DNA from: an uncultured Bacteroidales bacterium
Lineage (GTDB): Bacteria > Bacteroidota > Bacteroidia > Bacteroidales > UBA3824
Length of the DNA: 64,000 nucleotides
Reading direction: 5' to 3'
Assembly: GCA_947168365.1 (NCBI GenBank)
Contig: CAMVLO010000002.1
Coordinates: forward strand, 68,770 to 132,769
Made by a program: the position numbers and the translations under genes. The notes under the pieces are model-generated. The model did not search any database. It had not been told where the DNA came from and saw only the letters and a list, made by a program, of their open reading frames with translations. Of the stretch, positions 27,467 through 38,200 are shown in pieces (positions within the stretch are counted from its first letter, which is position 1; every line of letters starts with the position of its first letter).

Positions 27467-29635
27467 ATGAAAAAACTGCTACTAATTTTAACCATCTTGT
27501 TGCCGATGATTGTTTCGGCACAAAAGACAATTGAAAACCCTGTAATCGGGGCAAAAGGCATTGGCACTCTGGGGCTTGCTATTGAAAAAATCGTTCTTCA
27601 AAACGATATGACAAAACTTTACATGGTGTATTATCATGGACAAGGCGGCAGTTTCAATATGAACGGTACTAGCCGTATTGTCGCTAATGGTAAGGAACTC
27701 AAAGTTATTTCGTCTGAGGGTATTGAGCTTAACGGTCCTTACATCCAAAAGTTCAACAATGAAGAAACACATTTTGTACTTAACTTTCCGGCTTTGGACA
27801 AGGACGTTGACAAAATCGATTTCATTGAAGATTATTGCCTTCAGTGTTTCAAAATTTTTGACATCGCGATTTCTGAAAAAGCTGTAAAAGAAAACAGTCA
27901 AAAAAGTACCGTTCCTGATGAAGTTCGCAATTATGCAAAAAGCATCAAGGACAACGGTCAAAGTCTTGAAAAAAATGACTTTACTTTTGATACGGCTGTT
28001 GTGAAAGGTAAAATTTACGGTTTTGACATCCGAATATTCGGAGATAAATTGAATCCGGAAATTGTGGTTTATTTTTACAATCCTTTTTTGGCGGAGCAAC
28101 TCTCGTATTCGGGACGAATCAACCACGACGGCACTTTCGAGGTAAAGGTGCCGATGACCAACAAGCATCAAGCCGTCTATGTGTCGGTTAACCCAATAAT
28201 CAGCAGCGATATCCTGATTTCCGCAGGCAAGACCGTAGAGGTCTATTTCGACTTTCTGCAGATTTACAAGCCGTGGGAACTGCCCGAAAGCCGTCTGATT
28301 CCGTATTTTGCGGGTGAGAATGTTGACATCAACTATGCCTTGTCGTTGGGCTTGTCGCGCAATCTATATCAGGAATTGATTATAAATCCGAATACTATTG
28401 ATAACGTTTCAAAATTTTCGATGGCGGAGTTCAAGGATTATGTCCTCAATTTTTTTGACAATTACAATTCCCGCATTGACGCAATTCCCGTCACCAAACG
28501 TGCGAAGGAATTTCTGAGGATTGATTTGAAAGTTAAAGAGGCGTATTACCTTTCGATGGGAAGCTATTGGATTGAGAGCGCGTACCGCAACATCCACGGC
28601 AAGGGTTACAAGGATCCAATCCCCGATTTTAAAAGGCCAGAGATTGGAACGGATTATTTGGACTATCCCAAACTTCTTGGCATAGATGATGTTATGATGT
28701 TTTACGCCAATGATTTTGGTTACAACATCACAGGCTGGTCAATGTGTTTTGAGCAGGTTTTCAACAAGTACAGATATTTGGACGAGTACGTTGCGTTGAA
28801 CTTCAACACGTGGATGGAGTTGGATAAATATCACAAAATTCCCAAAAAAGAACAATCGGTGTTCGCTTCCGTCAAACGAAAAATGAAAGACAAAGACACC
28901 TCCCGTACTGAGGCTGAAAAGGCTTTCACCAATAAATATGCGCGTGTAGTTGATCAGCACATTGAGGAAGTCGAAACCAAATGCGCCGAGGGTGCGGAAG
29001 ATTACAAAAACGAAATTTTTGGTGAGGGCGGCAGTTATTTCAAGGATTTTATCAAATTGCAAGAGTATTGCCGACCGTTTAGCCGTCAGACAGTTGTTCC
29101 CGATTCCATTGTCGCTGAAATTGAGAAAATGCGTTTCCCGTTTTATGCAGAATATGTCAAAGCCAAAAACGCCGAAATATTTGTCAAAATCGAGGCAGAA
29201 AAGGCTCGTGGCGGCTATCACGTTCATAAGGCGGGCGAAAGCGAAGGAGATTCCCTGTTTGTGGATTTGATAAAGGACTTCAAGGGCAAGGTGGTTTTGG
29301 TTGATTTTTGGAATACTTGGTGCGGCCCTTGCCGTCAAGCGATCAAACAGATGGAGCCTTTGGAAAAGTATTTTGAGGGCAAGGACGTTGAGTTTCTGTT
29401 TGTTGCCGACGAGACATCACCTATAGACGAGTACAACAGCATGATAGTTTCGATGAAAGGACATCATTATCGGTTAACAGAAAGTCAGGCAAGTTCGTTG
29501 AAACGCAAATGGAATTTTAACGGTATTCCTTCCTATGTCATTATTGGAAAAGACGGAATGGTAAAAGATTTTCATACCGGATTTCATGGTGCGGAATATT
29601 ACAGTCAAAAGATTGAAGAAGAGTTGAAAAAATAA
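27467..29635 (+). CDS. TlpA/ResA-like thiol:disulfide oxidoreductase lipoprotein/secreted protein, paralog family member C
   Basis: Signal peptide. C-terminal thioredoxin fold with FWNTWCGPC (29318-29332 encodes WCGPC). Confidence 0.8.
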   Translation: MKKLLLILTILLPMIVSAQKTIENPVIGAKGIGTLGLAIEKIVLQNDMTKLYMVYYHGQGGSFNMNGTSRIVANGKELKVISSEGIELNGPYIQKFNNEETHFVLNFPALDKDVDKIDFIEDYCLQCFKIFDIAISEKAVKENSQKSTVPDEVRNYAKSIKDNGQSLEKNDFTFDTAVVKGKIYGFDIRIFGDKLNPEIVVYFYNPFLAEQLSYSGRINHDGTFEVKVPMTNKHQAVYVSVNPIISSDILISAGKTVEVYFDFLQIYKPWELPESRLIPYFAGENVDINYALSLGLSRNLYQELIINPNTIDNVSKFSMAEFKDYVLNFFDNYNSRIDAIPVTKRAKEFLRIDLKVKEAYYLSMGSYWIESAYRNIHGKGYKDPIPDFKRPEIGTDYLDYPKLLGIDDVMMFYANDFGYNITGWSMCFEQVFNKYRYLDEYVALNFNTWMELDKYHKIPKKEQSVFASVKRKMKDKDTSRTEAEKAFTNKYARVVDQHIEEVETKCAEGAEDYKNEIFGEGGSYFKDFIKLQEYCRPFSRQTVVPDSIVAEIEKMRFPFYAEYVKAKNAEIFVKIEAEKARGGYHVHKAGESEGDSLFVDLIKDFKGKVVLVDFWNTWCGPCRQAIKQMEPLEKYFEGKDVEFLFVADETSPIDEYNSMIVSMKGHHYRLTESQASSLKRKWNFNGIPSYVIIGKDGMVKDFHTGFHGAEYYSQKIEEELKK

Positions 29636-29708
29636 TTGATTGAAACTATTTGCGGTCAAGACTAATAGTTGACAGATTATTTATAAATCTGTTAAAAAAA
29701 TATTCAAA

Positions 29709-30008
29709 ATGAGAAACTTACTACTGATTTTAACCATTATGACACTTGCGCTCGCATCGCGTGGACAAGTAAAATGCCATATCGAGGGCGAAATTATCGA
29801 CACCACACAGGGGTCAACTGTTATTTTGCATCCATACGATGTGGACATCCGTGCATCTGACGATTACATCAAAATAAAAGCCGATGCTCAAGGATGTTTC
29901 TCTTGTGATGTTTCGAGCAAGGAAATTACTCTTTACATCGCATTGTTGGAGGAACAAATTATGCAAGGACGTTGGATGGAAGGAAATCAGAAAGTCGTTG
30001 AATATTGA
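29709..30008 (+). CDS. Small secreted protein resembling the N-terminal domain of TlpA-like proteins (possible truncated paralog)
   Basis: Signal peptide, then VKCHIEGEIIDTTQGSTVILHPYD...ADAQGCFSCDV. This is the beta-sandwich pattern seen N-terminal to Bacteroidetes TlpA-like proteins. Only 99 aa. Confidence 0.4.
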   Translation: MRNLLLILTIMTLALASRGQVKCHIEGEIIDTTQGSTVILHPYDVDIRASDDYIKIKADAQGCFSCDVSSKEITLYIALLEEQIMQGRWMEGNQKVVEY

Positions 30009-30136
30009 ATAACGATTCATAGAACCAATAAAAATCTCAATTATCGATTTGGTTTTTTTGTTGGTTCTTTAATTTATTGATAATCACTTGTATAATCAAA
30101 CAAGGTGAAAATAATACATTTTTATTTGCAATCATA

Positions 30137-30400
30137 ATGATTCCGATGTTGATGGTTGCGTGTCAGAATAATGACAATAAAACTGAGGAGACTGCAATAG
30201 AATTTAATCTTACCGACATCCCGGAGGAACTGAAAATTAACAGCAGTGTCGGTTTCAATAAGAATACCAAAGTTTCAATTGGAGAGGTCGGACATTGTCG
30301 TTTGACATTTGAATCGCTTCCAAATGGTGTCAAACAGTTTGATTTTATTGCCGGCGATGTCAACGAAGTTATCAGAGTAGCAGATCTGAAAATATTTTGA
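30137..30400 (+). CDS. Small putative lipoprotein
   Basis: MIPMLMVACQNNDNK lipobox from the ATG at 30137. 87 aa, no other motif. Confidence 0.4.
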   Translation: MIPMLMVACQNNDNKTEETAIEFNLTDIPEELKINSSVGFNKNTKVSIGEVGHCRLTFESLPNGVKQFDFIAGDVNEVIRVADLKIF

Positions 30401-30401
30401 T

Positions 30402-30426
30402 ATTCGCCGAAGATTTTTCGGCGAAT
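30402..30426. promoter_or_regulatory. Perfect 10-bp-arm palindrome (terminator and/or operator) upstream of fic
   Basis: ATTCGCCGAA-gattt-TTCGGCGAAT, plus a third half-site TATTCGCCGAA at 30434-30444. Confidence 0.5.
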
Positions 30427-30476
30427 AATTGCGTATTCGCCGAAAAAATGTCATCTTTGTCAAAATATCAGTTTTT

Positions 30477-31565
30477 ATGTATTTGCACAAAAAAAATAAT
30501 TGGCAGAATTTCAGGTACAACAACGATTTGATTGTTAGTATTTTGGGTAAAATAAGACTTCTTCAGGGTATTTTGTTAGGTAAGTCTTGCCGTCTTGGAT
30601 TCAATGTCCAAAATGAAAAATATCTTGAAACATTATCTCTCGAAATTATCAAATCGTCAGAGATAGAGGGTGAAAGCCTTAATATCCAACAAGTACGCTC
30701 GTCTTTAGCGCGTCGTCTTGGTATTAATGCTGCGGGGCTTGTGCCGTCAGCAAGGTACATCGACGGCATTGTAGAGATGAATCTTGATGCCACGCGCAAT
30801 TACAATCAACCGCTCACTGATGAAAGGCTTTTCGGTTGGCACAACGTACTATTTCCGACCGGTAGGAGCGGACTTTACAAAATTGAAGTTGGCAGATACC
30901 GTACGCGCGAGATGGAAGTAGTGTCAGAGCCGATGGGCATGGAGACTGTTCATTATCAAGCTCCTTCGCCGGATAGAGTTCCCGAAGAAATGCAAAAGTT
31001 TTTAACGTGGTTCAATGCGGGCAATGATATGGATTTAGTCTTGAAAGCTGCAATAGCGCATTTTTGGTTTGTAACTATTCATCCTTTTGACGATGGCAAC
31101 GGGCGTATTGCTCGTGCGTTGACGGATATGTTGCTCGCCAAATCAGAGGATTCTCCGTTGAGGTTTTACAGTGTTTCCAACGAAATAAATGCGGATCGCA
31201 ACGGTTATTACAGTATCCTCGAAGATACTGAGACCGGTGACGGCGATATTACATATTGGTTGCAATGGTTTCTTGAAAGTCTCAGAAAATCAATTGATAA
31301 GTCTATAGTTACGATTGATAAGGTTTTGGATAAAACTGATTTTTTTGCAAAAATATCTTCGCTTGCTGTTAATCAGCGTCAAAAGAAAATCCTGACGATG
31401 CTTTTGGACGGATTTGACGGCAAACTCACCACTGCCAAATATGCGAAAATAAACAAATGTTCGCAAGATACGGCATTGAATGATATCAAATTCCTTATTG
31501 AAAATGGAATTCTCGAAAAGACCGCTGACAAAGGGAAAAATACAGGATATCAACTTTTAAATTAA
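30477..31565 (+). CDS. Fic family protein (DUF4172-type N-terminus)
   Basis: Core Fic motif HPFDDGNGRIARAL. C-terminal winged-helix-like tail. I prefer the ATG at 30477 (MYLHKKNNWQNF...). Confidence 0.85.
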   Translation: MYLHKKNNWQNFRYNNDLIVSILGKIRLLQGILLGKSCRLGFNVQNEKYLETLSLEIIKSSEIEGESLNIQQVRSSLARRLGINAAGLVPSARYIDGIVEMNLDATRNYNQPLTDERLFGWHNVLFPTGRSGLYKIEVGRYRTREMEVVSEPMGMETVHYQAPSPDRVPEEMQKFLTWFNAGNDMDLVLKAAIAHFWFVTIHPFDDGNGRIARALTDMLLAKSEDSPLRFYSVSNEINADRNGYYSILEDTETGDGDITYWLQWFLESLRKSIDKSIVTIDKVLDKTDFFAKISSLAVNQRQKKILTMLLDGFDGKLTTAKYAKINKCSQDTALNDIKFLIENGILEKTADKGKNTGYQLLN

Positions 31566-32717
31566 AAATCCGCCGATGAGGATATCGTCCATTTGGACGT
31601 AACCTCCTTTCCATTTGTCAATAAAATCAGAGAGTTGCTGTTTTTGATATTCTCCGGAAGTATTTTGCTTACAAAGCTCGGTCAAAAGCTCTTTCAATCG
31701 TCCGTAAGTTACCTTTCGTTTGGTTGTTCCGCTGAATTGGTCAGCAAATCCGTCTGAAAACATGTATAAGTAATCGCCTTTTTGGGCTTGAATTGTTACT
31801 GTTTCAAAAGTTTTGGGGCGCGGATGTTGACCAATCGGATTTTTTATGCCTTTGTATTCTGTGAGTTCGCCGTTTCTTACGATGTAAAGTGGATTGTTTG
31901 CTCCGGAAAACTTCAGTTCCAAAGTGTCAAGATTTAGTAGACAGAATGCCATATCCATTCCGTCTTTTGGCTCGTCTTCGCATTGATGTTGACTCAATGC
32001 ATTGATAATAAAGCCTCTCAAGTTTTCAAGAATTTCCGACGGTGAGGATTTTTCTGTGATATTGCTGCATACTTCATTAAGAAAAGTCACGCCCAAAAGA
32101 CTCATGAACGAACCCGGCACACCGTGTCCTGTACAATCCGCAATTGTGAATGCAATAATATTTCCGCAGCGTTTCATCCAATAAAAATCGCCTGAAACTA
32201 TTTCTCTTGGTCGCCAAAACAGAAAATAGTCGGTGAAAGCATTTTTCAGAATTTCTGTTGGCGGCAAAACTGCGAGTTGTATTCTTTGTGCGTACTTAAT
32301 ACTGTCTGTTACAGCGCGATGCTTGCGTTCTATTTCGTTTTTTAGGATATTGATATGTTCCTTTTCTTTTTGCATTTGAATGCTCATCGACCAAAGCCGC
32401 TTGTTTTTCTCGGAAAATTCTATTTTTTCTTGTTCAAGTTTCTTTTGTTCGAGTAAAATTGTTGCTGCATCTACATTTACTTGAGTGGAAATTTGGGTTT
32501 GTTTTTCTTCCTGTTTAGTGTTTTTAAGATGTTCATAAAGAGCATTTTGACGGTCGTAAGCATCTTTGTAAATGCGTATTTGTTGTTTCATACGGTTTTC
32601 GGTGCGACGTGCTGATTTTTGCGCAATATTTCTGTTACGAAAATACAGCACAATTGCTATCACTCCAAAAAGTAATGCTACAACTATCAGGATAATATCT
32701 AATGTATTGAGTGTCAA
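31557..32717 (-). CDS. Membrane-anchored PP2C-family (SpoIIE/RsbU-like) serine phosphatase with coiled coil
   Basis: N-terminal TM (LDIILIVVALLFGVIAIVLYF), a coiled-coil stretch, then KYAQRIQLAVLP, SGDFYW, ADCTGHGVPG and FSDGFADQ. The TTG start overlaps the upstream stop (TTGA). Confidence 0.85.
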   Translation of the reverse strand: MTLNTLDIILIVVALLFGVIAIVLYFRNRNIAQKSARRTENRMKQQIRIYKDAYDRQNALYEHLKNTKQEEKQTQISTQVNVDAATILLEQKKLEQEKIEFSEKNKRLWSMSIQMQKEKEHINILKNEIERKHRAVTDSIKYAQRIQLAVLPPTEILKNAFTDYFLFWRPREIVSGDFYWMKRCGNIIAFTIADCTGHGVPGSFMSLLGVTFLNEVCSNITEKSSPSEILENLRGFIINALSQHQCEDEPKDGMDMAFCLLNLDTLELKFSGANNPLYIVRNGELTEYKGIKNPIGQHPRPKTFETVTIQAQKGDYLYMFSDGFADQFSGTTKRKVTYGRLKELLTELCKQNTSGEYQKQQLSDFIDKWKGGYVQMDDILIGGFLI

Positions 32718-34057
32718 TTTATCTGTAGATTTTCTAAGTTTGGTACATTATAAACATAAACCACAGAACCTACTGTAGTATTTGTTGAGGTTGATAAGTT
32801 GGTAACTGTTTGATTTGTTACTTTTGTTAAGTAAACATTGTAACCCGAATCGGAATCTTTGAATGTCGCAAAACATGCTACTCCGTCATCGTAATCCATT
32901 GTAACATTTGTTACCAATTCTCCGTCTTCAGTCAATATCAAAATCGAACCTGACAAACTGCTCAATCTTGATAACAAATCGTTTAAGGAATTGATTGATG
33001 ACGAGCCGGAAATATTTACGCCGGAAAAACATATATTACCGTTCAATTCTGTGACGTTCAGATATATAGATTCAGCGATGTAAGATTCATCGTTTCGATA
33101 TATTTCGTTGCCTTCGCTGTCTGTTTTTATTATTATGCTTTGACTGCTGCTACTTGCCGAAATATATGCGTAATCGCCTATTCGTGAACATGTTAAAGGA
33201 TAATAATCTATTTGTGAGGATTTAATTTCGTTGCCGTTTAAATCAAATATTTTCAAATAGTATTGAGAGTTTTCGTTTTCGTAATAGATGAAAACATTGT
33301 TGTTGACCGAAATTACCTCCAAAATATTGATAGTTTCAGAAAATTGCAATTCATTTTCGCTAACCCATTCGCCGTTGCTGTTGATATATCGGAGCGTAAG
33401 ATTGTACGAACTTGTTTGCATCATTCCTTGGTTCGGAGTTTGAAGAATCATGGCGTAACCTCCATTGTCCAAAGGAGTTCCGTTGGTTGGAACTCTGTTT
33501 GTATTATTTTTCTGATCCATCATATTTCCGCCTGCCATAGAAACTATGCTGTCGATTTGGAAAATTTTGTTGCAATCTTTGTCAAATTTTATTACCGCAA
33601 AATATGTACGTCCGAACGAATTTGCTGAATAATATTCGATGAAAAATTCGTCATTTACATTTTTTGTGATTTTTCCCGAGGAGATGTCAACTTTCGTATG
33701 ATTAGTTTCTTCCGGGCTGGGATTATTATTGTTATTATTTTCTTTGTTGTCCTCTTGGTTAGATAAATTGCCGTTGTTTGGATTGAATTGATTATTTGTT
33801 TCTAAATTCCACGACATCGTAAATTCTGTGGAAGTGGTTTCTGCTTTTTTGTCGATTTTTACAAATTTATACGTTGTAGTGTCGCCTTCGGAAGTTACAG
33901 TAATTATCGAACCGTCAGAGCATGCCACGGGCGTATAAATCGAAGCATTTTCAATCGATTTTATTGGTGAATCTTCGTAGTCGGAATACACGGGTTCTTT
34001 CTGACATGATACTGATAACAAGGCAATTGCCGATAATATGTTGATTGTATTTTTCAT
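32714..34057 (-). CDS. Lipoprotein with repeated beta-propeller-like strands and an Asn-rich linker
   Basis: LLSVSCQKE lipobox. Recurrent D/N-x-x-G-N/E-h motifs (INSNGEWV, IFDLNGNEI, KTDSEGNEIY, LTEDGELV). Low-complexity segment NKENNNNNNPSPEE. Confidence 0.7.
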   Translation of the reverse strand: MKNTINILSAIALLSVSCQKEPVYSDYEDSPIKSIENASIYTPVACSDGSIITVTSEGDTTTYKFVKIDKKAETTSTEFTMSWNLETNNQFNPNNGNLSNQEDNKENNNNNNPSPEETNHTKVDISSGKITKNVNDEFFIEYYSANSFGRTYFAVIKFDKDCNKIFQIDSIVSMAGGNMMDQKNNTNRVPTNGTPLDNGGYAMILQTPNQGMMQTSSYNLTLRYINSNGEWVSENELQFSETINILEVISVNNNVFIYYENENSQYYLKIFDLNGNEIKSSQIDYYPLTCSRIGDYAYISASSSSQSIIIKTDSEGNEIYRNDESYIAESIYLNVTELNGNICFSGVNISGSSSINSLNDLLSRLSSLSGSILILTEDGELVTNVTMDYDDGVACFATFKDSDSGYNVYLTKVTNQTVTNLSTSTNTTVGSVVYVYNVPNLENLQIN

Positions 34058-34079
34058 TGCTTTTATTTTCCTCCTTTTA

Positions 34080-35252
34080 TTAAAATCCGTATCCGTATTT
34101 AGCTTTTACCGAGTATCCGAATTTAAATTTGTAACCTACTCTTATATTGAAAGTTGCTAAGTGGATTGCGTCCGGTACAAACATCTTGTTGTAAAGCAAG
34201 TTGTGATTGTAATAATTGTACTCCGCATTGTTGAACGGGCGCAACATGTAAGAGAAACTTGCATCTGCGAAAAATGTATTTTGATTGAAATTGCGGTTGA
34301 TTCTCAATCCGCCGAAAACCGAACAGTTTATTCTGTTTTTGGTTTTCAGATCAATACTGTTGTCGCTTATTGTATTTTGTTGAGATTCACCGTATTCGTT
34401 GTAAGATTCGTATTTGGTTTTCAGCAAATAGTTTTGTTGGAATCCTGCATAAAATTCGGGAACTATTTTTTCTTTTCGGGTTGGATAAGTGATTGTTACA
34501 TATACCGGAACAGTCAGTAAATGAGATGATTCCTTATACACAAATTTGTAATCCAATTTCATTGAATTGTAATAAAAACTGTGATTTTCGGTTCTGGTAT
34601 ATTGCATAAAATTGTATTGCAATCCGGCAGCTACCGACACAAATTTTGTAATATAATACTGAAATCCTATTTCCGCTATAAAACCTTCAGTAGAAGAATA
34701 GTCGGGTTTGTTTTTGGAGTCTTCGTTGATAACATGTACAGTATCAATTATTACCATCGGTGTTGAGAGTCCGAAATTTATCCATGTTGCAAAACGCGGA
34801 AATGTGTAGAAATTTTTCTTCATTTCCTTAAAAGGCATCGGGTCGCTAACTTGTGTTTCGTAAAACGGATTTTTCTTTAGAAACAATTTCGTAACAGAAT
34901 CGGCTTCACGGTCAAAACCGGCTTCTTTGAGCGTTGATGCATAATATTTTAGAAATTCGGAATTTTCTTTGCTATTGAATTTTGTTTTGTTTAATGTTTT
35001 TGCTGTTTTAATCGCCTCGCTGTATTTTCCGGCATTGTACAACCTTTTGAAATTATACAAAAGAGTTTCGTTGCTGTTGTCTTGAGTGTTTTCTGCAAAT
35101 TCCGCAGTGCCGGTTTCTCCATCGGAATTCAGATTGTCAAAAAAATCTTTGAAATCTAAATCACTTGCGGTGGAATCCGGATTTTGTGCGCTCATTTTCA
35201 GCGACATCATCACAGCTATTATTGTTAATATTAATATTTTTGACGTCTTCAT
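34080..35252 (-). CDS. Outer-membrane beta-barrel protein with N-terminal helical (TPR-like) region
   Basis: Signal peptide ending MSAQ. Alternating-hydrophobic strands in the C-terminal two thirds, ending in aromatic ...KAKYGYGF. Confidence 0.6.
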   Translation of the reverse strand: MKTSKILILTIIAVMMSLKMSAQNPDSTASDLDFKDFFDNLNSDGETGTAEFAENTQDNSNETLLYNFKRLYNAGKYSEAIKTAKTLNKTKFNSKENSEFLKYYASTLKEAGFDREADSVTKLFLKKNPFYETQVSDPMPFKEMKKNFYTFPRFATWINFGLSTPMVIIDTVHVINEDSKNKPDYSSTEGFIAEIGFQYYITKFVSVAAGLQYNFMQYTRTENHSFYYNSMKLDYKFVYKESSHLLTVPVYVTITYPTRKEKIVPEFYAGFQQNYLLKTKYESYNEYGESQQNTISDNSIDLKTKNRINCSVFGGLRINRNFNQNTFFADASFSYMLRPFNNAEYNYYNHNLLYNKMFVPDAIHLATFNIRVGYKFKFGYSVKAKYGYGF

Positions 35253-35272
35253 ATTTTTTTTCTCTCTTTTTT

Positions 35273-38200
35273 TTACAATTCTTCTTTGGAGAATTCCTTT
35301 CCTAAAATCAGTTCTTTTTCTTCGGCTGAAAGCGGGTCCAGCTTTTGGTTGAATGTTTTTAATATTCTGGCGTAACTCTTAATATCTGTATTCCAAAAAC
35401 GAATCAATTTGTCTTCGGTAAGCGCAAAAATCATTCCTTTGGTATTGAAACTCATGTTTTTGACTTTGAATCCGTTGAGCGCGTGATCCTCAATATTCAG
35501 AATTTTGCTGTTTTCAATATCTTTGGTATCTATCAGCGAAATCCTTTTGTCGGCACTCGCTACTGCTAACAGTTGCGTATTCTTATCGTAAAACATATTT
35601 TCGATTTGAGAATGTGCGCAAACTTTGGTGCAGGTCTGTTTGTCGTTTTTGGTATTGAAAAATACTACATTTCCGTTTGAAACGCCGATTACAATCAGAT
35701 TTTTGTCGGGAATTGATGTCAGCGCAAATGCGTAGTTGCCCGGCGATTCGTAAATCGGTGTGGCTTCGCCCGTTTCGGGATTCCATTTCATAAGTTCGCT
35801 GGTGTGTGTTGCCAAATAGATATTGTTGTCAACAATACAGAATTCCGACACTTTGGATTGCGATGTAAATTCGTGTGACGGCTTTTCTTTGGGTTCGTAT
35901 GGATTCAATACCAAGATTTTGCCGTTGTTGAATGACAGTATGATATGTTTTTGGTCGCTTGTAAAAGTAGCGGCTGTTACATAATCTTTTATTGTTTTCA
36001 GTTGTGTTGATTTTTTATTATCGATGTCAACAAAATAAATGGATTTGTCTTTCATCGAAACCAACGCGTATTTGTCAGAAAGTAATATCGCTTTCAGTAC
36101 CGGTGCTTTGTTTTCGTTGACATTAAATGTCTTAATCAATTTTGCCTTGTTGGCTCCGAGTGCGTAAGTGCTGATTTGTGCATCATTTGTTATCAGACAT
36201 ATTTGATTGGCATTATTGATTTTGAATGTTGAGATATTTTTGGGAACATCTTTTAATATATTGTCGAAAACTTGTTGTTGTTCTATGGCGTAAAGCATTG
36301 CATCATAAAGTATTGCATCGTTGTTTCTGATATTGCGTTTTTCGCTGAGTTTGTATGCTGCCCAAGCAAGTTTCAGATTTAGTTCTTTGTCTTCGTATTG
36401 ATTTTTTGCATTCATAGCCAACATGTTGCAAAGTGTGATGTCATAAAGACGTTCCGAAGAATCTTTCGCCATTTTAGCATCTTTTTCACCTCTTTCGGCA
36501 CGCTCTTGAGCATCCTTTGCATTTCTCTCACCGGTTTCGGCACGCAAAAGGTTGGATAACGCTTGTTTTTCAGCTTTTTCGGCTCGTGAACGTTCTTCGT
36601 TGGCTTGTAAGAGTGCGCGTTCGGTAGCTTGTTGAGCAAGTCGGGCTTTTTGTTCTTCGTCGCGGGCATTTTGAGCGGCAATTTCTGCGGCTTCTTGCGC
36701 ATCATTGGCTTTTTGTCGCTCTGTTTCGGCTTCCAAACGTTTTTCTTCGGTTTTGGCTCTTTGTATTTCGGCAAGCTTTTGAGAATCTTCGGCTTTTGAC
36801 TTTTCTCTCATTGCCCAACCCGAAAACAAAAGCATTGTTACAATAAAGGCTATTGCGACAGCAATTATGGTTTTGAACTTACGCTTTTTAGCTTCTTCTT
36901 TTTCTAAAATTGCTTTTTTACTTGCCTCGATATAGTCAATACAATTTTCAAAATGAGTTGTTGCCTTTTCGATTTTTTCTTTTTCGGAAATTTTGCTGTT
37001 GTCGTACCTTGCAAGCCAATACGCATTGGGACGGCTTTTCTGATACCAATCGTTGAAATAGTTGTAAGAACCCGTAGGCAACAGATATTCTGCGCTTTGC
37101 TCGTGATGAAGCCAGCGTTTTACTTGTGCATCAAAATCATAAAAATCTTTTTGATTGTTTTCCATCTCGTAGCCCCACGATGCCAACATCTTCCAGTTAC
37201 GGATTAACGCCTCGTGAGTGATATCCAAAACAGTATCACCGCTAAGATATTGAGATTCAAAATTGTCCGGCTCGCTAAACGGGCGCAACAATGTGTTTTC
37301 GGGACTGCGGAATATATTGATAACGCCGCAAACTGTAGCGTTGTTAACATTGTCTTTGTTTATCATGCCCGTGATTTCGTCGAGAGTGCTGCGGTTTCTT
37401 ACAGGACGGTTGTTGTCTATTTTTACAAGACTTTTGAAAACCGTTTCAATAATTTGTTTACTCTCTTCGCGGGTGATATTCTTGGGAGCCCAACTTGCAT
37501 TCTGCTGAAAATGGTCGTAAGCCGATTCGTACAAAATTCCGGCGTGAGCGTTGAGAACATTGTTGAGGTCGGGCTTTTCAAAATACTTTTTCTCGTAATC
37601 GGGAAGTTTGGCAAACCATTGGTCAAAATCTTTTTGTTCTTCGTCGGAAAGTACATCTCTTGAAATTCCTGCAATTTTGGCAAGGTGCAACAAGTCAAGC
37701 TGTTTTTTGCCGTTGTCAGCCATTTTCCAAAGCAGATTGAGAGCGTGTTGAAGTACAGGAAGTTGGTCGGCACCGTCGTTGATATTATTTACAATTACTT
37801 CTGTAAGACGCGGCGATACACTTCCGCCCGCAAGTGTTGCAGGTTCTTCTATTACTTGACATATTTCCGTACGTTTTAGTTGAGGTACAAAAAACTGACT
37901 GTAGGCTATAAATTCAGGAAGATGTTTGAATACCGTACACTGACTTATAAAGTCACTACGCATTGTAAATGCCACATAGACAGGCAATTTTTGTGTAACA
38001 GCAATTCTTACGGTTTCCAAAAGAAGATTTATTGTAGTATAACATTCTTCGCTTGGGATTCCGTTGTTGAAATTATCTGAATTTGTAAAAACCTCTTCAA
38101 ATTGGTCGGCAATTATCAGAAGGTTTTTACCTCGATTAGCAGCGTCATCGCCTTCAGTTACATAAAAACCGTTCTTTTTGTACAAGTCAATTACAGAAGA

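Noticed and set aside
36412-36774. 120-aa K/P-rich minus-strand (alternate-frame) ORF within the STAND gene.
   Set aside because: It is an out-of-frame reading of the GAA/GCA/AAA-rich coiled-coil segment. It has no independent start context.
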